In this document: positions 59,592-64,000 of the stretch, piece by piece
Position numbering within the stretch: the stretch's first letter is position 1
Layout: the number at the start of each line of letters is the position of its first letter
Assembly (NCBI GenBank): GCA_963729715.1
Contig: CAVSPA010000005.1
Span: 416,001 to 480,000 of the forward strand
Length of the DNA: 64,000 nt
DNA from: an uncultured delta proteobacterium
GTDB taxonomy: Bacteria; Desulfobacterota; Syntrophia; Syntrophales; UBA2185
Reading direction: 5' to 3'
The notes under the pieces: generated by a model
Told to the model about the DNA's origin: nothing
Database searches by the model: none
What the model saw: the letters and a program-made list of their open reading frames with translations, nothing else
Position numbers and translations under genes: made by a program

Positions 59592-62219
59592 TCAGGGGAC
59601 CGGCTCCGGCGCATGTCTTTCATTCATGATGCTTGCAGGCTCGTACCTTTGCTTAGGAAGACCAACCACTCTGTAGATCCTAATTTTTCCCATATCGTGT
59701 TCCGTTTCGTCATCGCCGATTTCGTCGACTGCCGGCGGGAACTGCGAGGCAAAATATGTCTTCTCGCTAATGATGATTCCATTGGGCCAAGACTTGCAAA
59801 GGTCCTGCAGTTTGAAAACGAAATTAGCGGCATCTCCGATTACGGTGTAGTCCATTTTCTTGTCAAAGCCGATATTGCCAACCACCACTTCCCCCGTGTG
59901 GATACTGATCCCCATTGTCAGCATTGTGCCATACTGTTTCATAAAATAGTCATTGATGTGCACCATCGCCTTCTGCATTTCGAGGGCCGCGGAAACAGCG
60001 TTATCCGCATCCATGGGCGTGGAAACAGGGGCGCCGAAAACAGCCAGAAATCCGTCTCCGAGATACTTATCGACGATCCCATGATGCTTGAAGACAATTT
60101 CTCCCATGGTTGAGAAAAAGTAATTAAGGATAGACACTGTCTTCTGGGGACCGATTTTTTTGGACAGTCTGGAATAACCTCGGATATCAATATTCAGCAG
60201 AGTCACGGTTTTGAACTCGTCGACTACCGGTCTTGCTGAGGCGCTGCCCAGCACAATTCTGTCTACGATTTCTTTGGGTACAAACTTTTGAAATACGTTT
60301 CTGATGCTCCGTTCGTTTTCGGCCATGGCCAGTGTTTCTTTGTAAAGCCGCGCGTTTTCCATGGCAATGCAGACCGAAGTCGATATGGCCTGGAGAAGAT
60401 GCTCGTCGTCGTTATTGAAGACGCTGTTAATTTTATTGAGCACCTCAATGACCCCGATTACTTTGCCCTGGGAAATGAGGGGCGCGCAGAGAACCGACTT
60501 GGTCTCAAACCCGGTCAAATCGTCAAATTCCGGAGAAAAGTGGGGATGCTTTTGAGCATTTTGGGCGATGACCGTTCTGCCACGGGTCGCGGCATACCCG
60601 GCAATACCCTGGCCAAGCTTGAGCCTGAAATCCCGCAGGGGTTCCATATTAATGTTAAATGCGATCTCCCATCTCAACTCGTTGTCCTCGAGGAGCATCA
60701 GAGAGCCGGCTTCCACATTCATGATCACACGAATCATATCCATTGTATAAGTCAGAACCTTCTCCGTATCGAAAGTGGAGGATGACAGTGCGTTGCCAAT
60801 CTGCCTGAGGGTCTCGAGTTCGTGGGTCCTTCTCACGAATGCCAGGGAAAGCTTTTCCTTTTCAATGGCGCGGGAGAGATCGCCTGCCATGCATTCGATG
60901 GCATCGTGCATATCGGCCAGTAATTCCATCGACACATTGCACAGTACGAGCACTCCCGTCGTGCGGCCATCTACTTTCAGAGGGGTCAAAATAGCGGTCT
61001 TGAAACCATGATCCAGAAAAATCTCCTTTTCGACAGGGTGCGATAGCCCTATCGTATCTTCGAGGATCAGCTGGCTCTGCCGCTTGATTACCTTATCGAT
61101 GACTGTTCCGTAGCAGCTGTATGAATTACCTCTCGAGATATTTGTGGAGACGAGCGCCAGGAATTCGGTGATGATTACATGCATCGAATTGTCTTCGTCG
61201 AGTTCGACAATGACGGCCATGTCATAAGGCATTGTTTCTCTGATTTCCTGGAGAATGGTATGGAGGAGTTCACTGCTCCTTAAGCTCGAATTGATGACTG
61301 AAGTGATTTTTTCTATGGCCTGGAGCTGCTTCGACTTGATTTCAGCTTCCTTGAGAAGACGCAGATTGTCATAGGTGAAAGCCGCATTGGAGAGCAGCGG
61401 TGAAAGGACATTTACGTCCTCCTGCGTAAAAAGATCATCAGATTTTCTCCTGGAAATGGTCAGGACGCCGATAACATCGTTAATGGTCTTGAGCGGCATG
61501 CATATGAATGATTTTGTCGCGTATTGAGGTCGCGATTTACGACCGAAGCGGATGTCTGTCTCTATATCTTCCACCAGAAGAGGGGTTTTGTTGAGCACGG
61601 CGTACTGGGCAATTCTATCCGCAAAACTAACCCGATCGCCTTTCTTGACGAAATCTCCCAATCCAATGCATGCTTCGATAACGAAAGCATCCCGCTTGGG
61701 TTTCTCCAGCATCATGATGGACCCGATGTCTGCATTCGTCAGCTTCAAGGCCCGCTCAAGGGTGATATAAAGCAGATCTTCCGGATTAAACGTCATGTAA
61801 CACAGGTCGGAGAGCTCCTTTAATATGGAAATTTCCGAGGTCTTCTTTTCCAAACGGTAGAAATTCGCCCGGAGTTCGTGCTCGAGGACTTGGAAGGAGT
61901 CCACTATCCCCTTCAATTCGCTGGCTGTCGATATCTGGGGCTGCGCGAATTCCTCTACGACCGTTCTTGAAATATTGCCCGATATGGAGACAATCTCGTC
62001 AAATAATTTGCGCAGTATCACGAATCCGAAGAGCGAGAAAAAGAGAAGCACGATGAAAAAAGGGGGGATATAATGATCGTTGAGGAATTCGTATTTTAAT
62101 GCGAAATACAGAAATCCGAAAACGGGGACAAGAAAGAAAAGTCCAAAAATGATTAATAATTTGTAATAGATGCCATAGCTTTCGATGGAGAATCTGTCAA
62201 ACCACTTCTTGAGATCCAT
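59592..62219 (-). CDS. Membrane-anchored class III adenylate/guanylate cyclase with three GAF domains
   Basis: 2 TM; GAF motifs (CMPL..IGVL, TPLK..GVL, CAPL..IGVIEVLNK); DIRG, DKYLGDG, FGAP, IHTGEV.VG, YTVIGD. Confidence 0.9.
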   Translation of the reverse strand: MDLKKWFDRFSIESYGIYYKLLIIFGLFFLVPVFGFLYFALKYEFLNDHYIPPFFIVLLFFSLFGFVILRKLFDEIVSISGNISRTVVEEFAQPQISTASELKGIVDSFQVLEHELRANFYRLEKKTSEISILKELSDLCYMTFNPEDLLYITLERALKLTNADIGSIMMLEKPKRDAFVIEACIGLGDFVKKGDRVSFADRIAQYAVLNKTPLLVEDIETDIRFGRKSRPQYATKSFICMPLKTINDVIGVLTISRRKSDDLFTQEDVNVLSPLLSNAAFTYDNLRLLKEAEIKSKQLQAIEKITSVINSSLRSSELLHTILQEIRETMPYDMAVIVELDEDNSMHVIITEFLALVSTNISRGNSYSCYGTVIDKVIKRQSQLILEDTIGLSHPVEKEIFLDHGFKTAILTPLKVDGRTTGVLVLCNVSMELLADMHDAIECMAGDLSRAIEKEKLSLAFVRRTHELETLRQIGNALSSSTFDTEKVLTYTMDMIRVIMNVEAGSLMLLEDNELRWEIAFNINMEPLRDFRLKLGQGIAGYAATRGRTVIAQNAQKHPHFSPEFDDLTGFETKSVLCAPLISQGKVIGVIEVLNKINSVFNNDDEHLLQAISTSVCIAMENARLYKETLAMAENERSIRNVFQKFVPKEIVDRIVLGSASARPVVDEFKTVTLLNIDIRGYSRLSKKIGPQKTVSILNYFFSTMGEIVFKHHGIVDKYLGDGFLAVFGAPVSTPMDADNAVSAALEMQKAMVHINDYFMKQYGTMLTMGISIHTGEVVVGNIGFDKKMDYTVIGDAANFVFKLQDLCKSWPNGIIISEKTYFASQFPPAVDEIGDDETEHDMGKIRIYRVVGLPKQRYEPASIMNERHAPEPVP

Positions 62220-62371
62220 GGCGCCTCATGTATACTTGAATAAATGCACGGCCGTATCAATGACTATTTCGGCTAACCCACAGAAATTCTTTAATTCTAA
62301 GTCTTACAAATCGTCGGCCTGGTGAGCGATAACAAGGAAGAAATTACTTCGGGGAAATGTCTGATGGTCCG

Positions 62372-63517
62372 TCACTTTTCCTTAACGAACATCAGCAATA
62401 TGGTGGCAACGAGGGTGAGAGCGAAGGAAAGATAAAGGGGCGCAAATATGTTGATCTGGTCCCAGAGCAGTCCGGCAACCAAGGAGGCTGGGAGGGCGCA
62501 AAGACCTATGGCCATTTGAAAGACACCCAAGCCTGTGGCTCGATAGCGCTCCGGAGAGAGCTCCGAGACGAATGTTGTCTGGACCGTGTCCAGGATACCT
62601 TTGTGCAGACCATAGAGAACAAATGCCAAAACAATCACCACGTGACTGCTCGACAATATAAGACTGAGACAGACGGCTCCCCATGAGATAAATGCAAGTA
62701 TCATCAATGCCTTTCTCCCTATTCTGTCGGAAAGCTTGCCTGAGGGAATCGAAAAAATGGCAGCAGTGACAGTGAAAATCAGATAGAGGACAGGAACGAA
62801 GGCGGTCGTAAATCCAAGATGGGTCGCATAGATCAGGAGAAATGAGTAGCTAAACGAACCCAGAGCAAAAATACAGCTTAGTGTAAGGAACAGGTTAAAA
62901 TTTGCATTTAGGTCGCGGAGTACAAAGCCGTGGAAGATCTTCGCTTCAGATGGTTCTGTCTCTTTTATATGATAAAAAATCAGGAGAGCACCCACAGCGG
63001 AAGGGATCGCTGCCAGGAGAAAAAGATTTCTGTAACCGAGCAATTGGTAAAATGCGATGCAAAATACAATGCCGCATACGGCGCCGAGGTTATCCATCGC
63101 TCTCAGCAGCCCGAAATGCCTGCCCCTGTTTTGATCCGTGGAGATATCTGCGACAATGGCGTCTCTGGGTGCTCCCCGCATCTTGCCCATCCTGTCGAAG
63201 ATCTTGAAGGGAATGATCTGCTGCCAGACTGTCGAAAATGCATAGCCGACTCTCGATATGGCGCCGAACAGATATCCTGTCCAGATAAATACCTTCCGCC
63301 TGTGTACGCGGTCGGAGACATAACCGGAGGCTGCCTTGGATATGGATACAAAGGCCTCGCCGAGCCCGTCGATGAGGCCGAGGACGGCCATATTGGCGCC
63401 GAGAACGGTTGTAATAAACATCGGCCAGATTGGATAAATAACGTCCGAACCGAAGTCATTGAGAAAAGACGCTATCGCAAATGTTCGGACGGTCTTTCTG
63501 GTTTCTTTTTGTTCCAT
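62372..63517 (-). CDS. MFS transporter
   Basis: SG.VSDRVHRRK, DR.GK..RGAPRDA, GKLSDRIGRK; about 12 TM. Confidence 0.92.
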   Translation of the reverse strand: MEQKETRKTVRTFAIASFLNDFGSDVIYPIWPMFITTVLGANMAVLGLIDGLGEAFVSISKAASGYVSDRVHRRKVFIWTGYLFGAISRVGYAFSTVWQQIIPFKIFDRMGKMRGAPRDAIVADISTDQNRGRHFGLLRAMDNLGAVCGIVFCIAFYQLLGYRNLFLLAAIPSAVGALLIFYHIKETEPSEAKIFHGFVLRDLNANFNLFLTLSCIFALGSFSYSFLLIYATHLGFTTAFVPVLYLIFTVTAAIFSIPSGKLSDRIGRKALMILAFISWGAVCLSLILSSSHVVIVLAFVLYGLHKGILDTVQTTFVSELSPERYRATGLGVFQMAIGLCALPASLVAGLLWDQINIFAPLYLSFALTLVATILLMFVKEK

Positions 63518-63733
63518 AAGATAATCCAGCAATACGGACGACCACTGACGCCTCTGCACCCTTCCGCGCGCCTTTACGGCGGGATTAATGACATAAACTC
63601 TGCGCCAATAAAAAATCCCTGTTCACCCCACGCGTGTGTATAGGGATGCAACGGGATTTGTTAAGATGATTCTGTTCATGCCATAAAGGATGGAAGAGGC
63701 AACGTAATCTCACGTGTCACACCCGGGCAGGTA

Positions 63734-64000
63734 TTATGGTTCTTCCGCCCGGTGGGATTTCAGGATATTATTCGCTATCTTTTCGTGGATAAGCTGCGAT
63801 GCCATGTTATTGCCTGACATACCGACGCGAATAGATACAGATGTCTGGCTTTTCGATAAGTATTCAACCATAATTTGTAATTTCTCCTCCTGCGCGACGG
63901 CGCTCATTGAACCCGAGGCTATCTTCAGATTCTTCTCCACGGAGGTTGCTTTCATATCCGCGAGCGTCTGCTCGCACGCCTTCCACACCTCGTCAAAAGG
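63734..64000 (-). CDS. 3' part of a DUF3568-like protein (starts beyond the window)
   Basis: Frame open to the window edge: PFDEVWKACEQTL...SIRVG..GN..ASQLIH.KI. Confidence 0.6.
   Translation of the reverse strand, partial: PFDEVWKACEQTLADMKATSVEKNLKIASGSMSAVAQEEKLQIMVEYLSKSQTSVSIRVGMSGNNMASQLIHEKIANNILKSHRAEEP

Noticed and set aside
1..64000. CRISPR array, rRNA, prophage or autonomous IS
   Set aside because: No regularly spaced repeats, rRNA-like sequence, phage genes or transposase ORFs recognised

Overview
Bacterial chromosome segment. The gene set (non-decarboxylating glutaryl-CoA dehydrogenase, system II cytochrome c biogenesis, tRNA-Sec, sigma54-type promoters) suggests an anaerobic Desulfobacterota/Syntrophales-like organism; this taxonomy is inferred, not verified. 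The left part (1 to ~35.8 kb) is a mosaic of short, mixed-orientation metabolic, transport and redox genes plus gene remnants. It includes partial pgi, a menA-like gene, an exported DsbC-like thioredoxin/caspase-family fusion next to a DUF4384 gene, a DASS+GGT cassette bounded by a ~68-bp direct repeat, a glutarate utilisation operon (CoA-transferase A/B, Na+ symporter, acd), a UGA-interrupted UxxC DsbA/FrnE selenoprotein missed by the ORF track, and resB/ccsB. The right part (from selC at 35.9 kb) is mostly housekeeping: moeA, mfd, two SurA/PrsA-like PPIases, uvrA, yjbQ, a frameshifted trpF-like gene, copZA, yggS, maf, manC, nikR with two operator-like sites, rlmI, a GAF adenylate cyclase and an MFS transporter. 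Three copies of a palindromic IS200/IS605-like miniature element are present. No CRISPR array, integrase, transposase or prophage was seen. All family calls come from motif recognition by eye, with no database searches.
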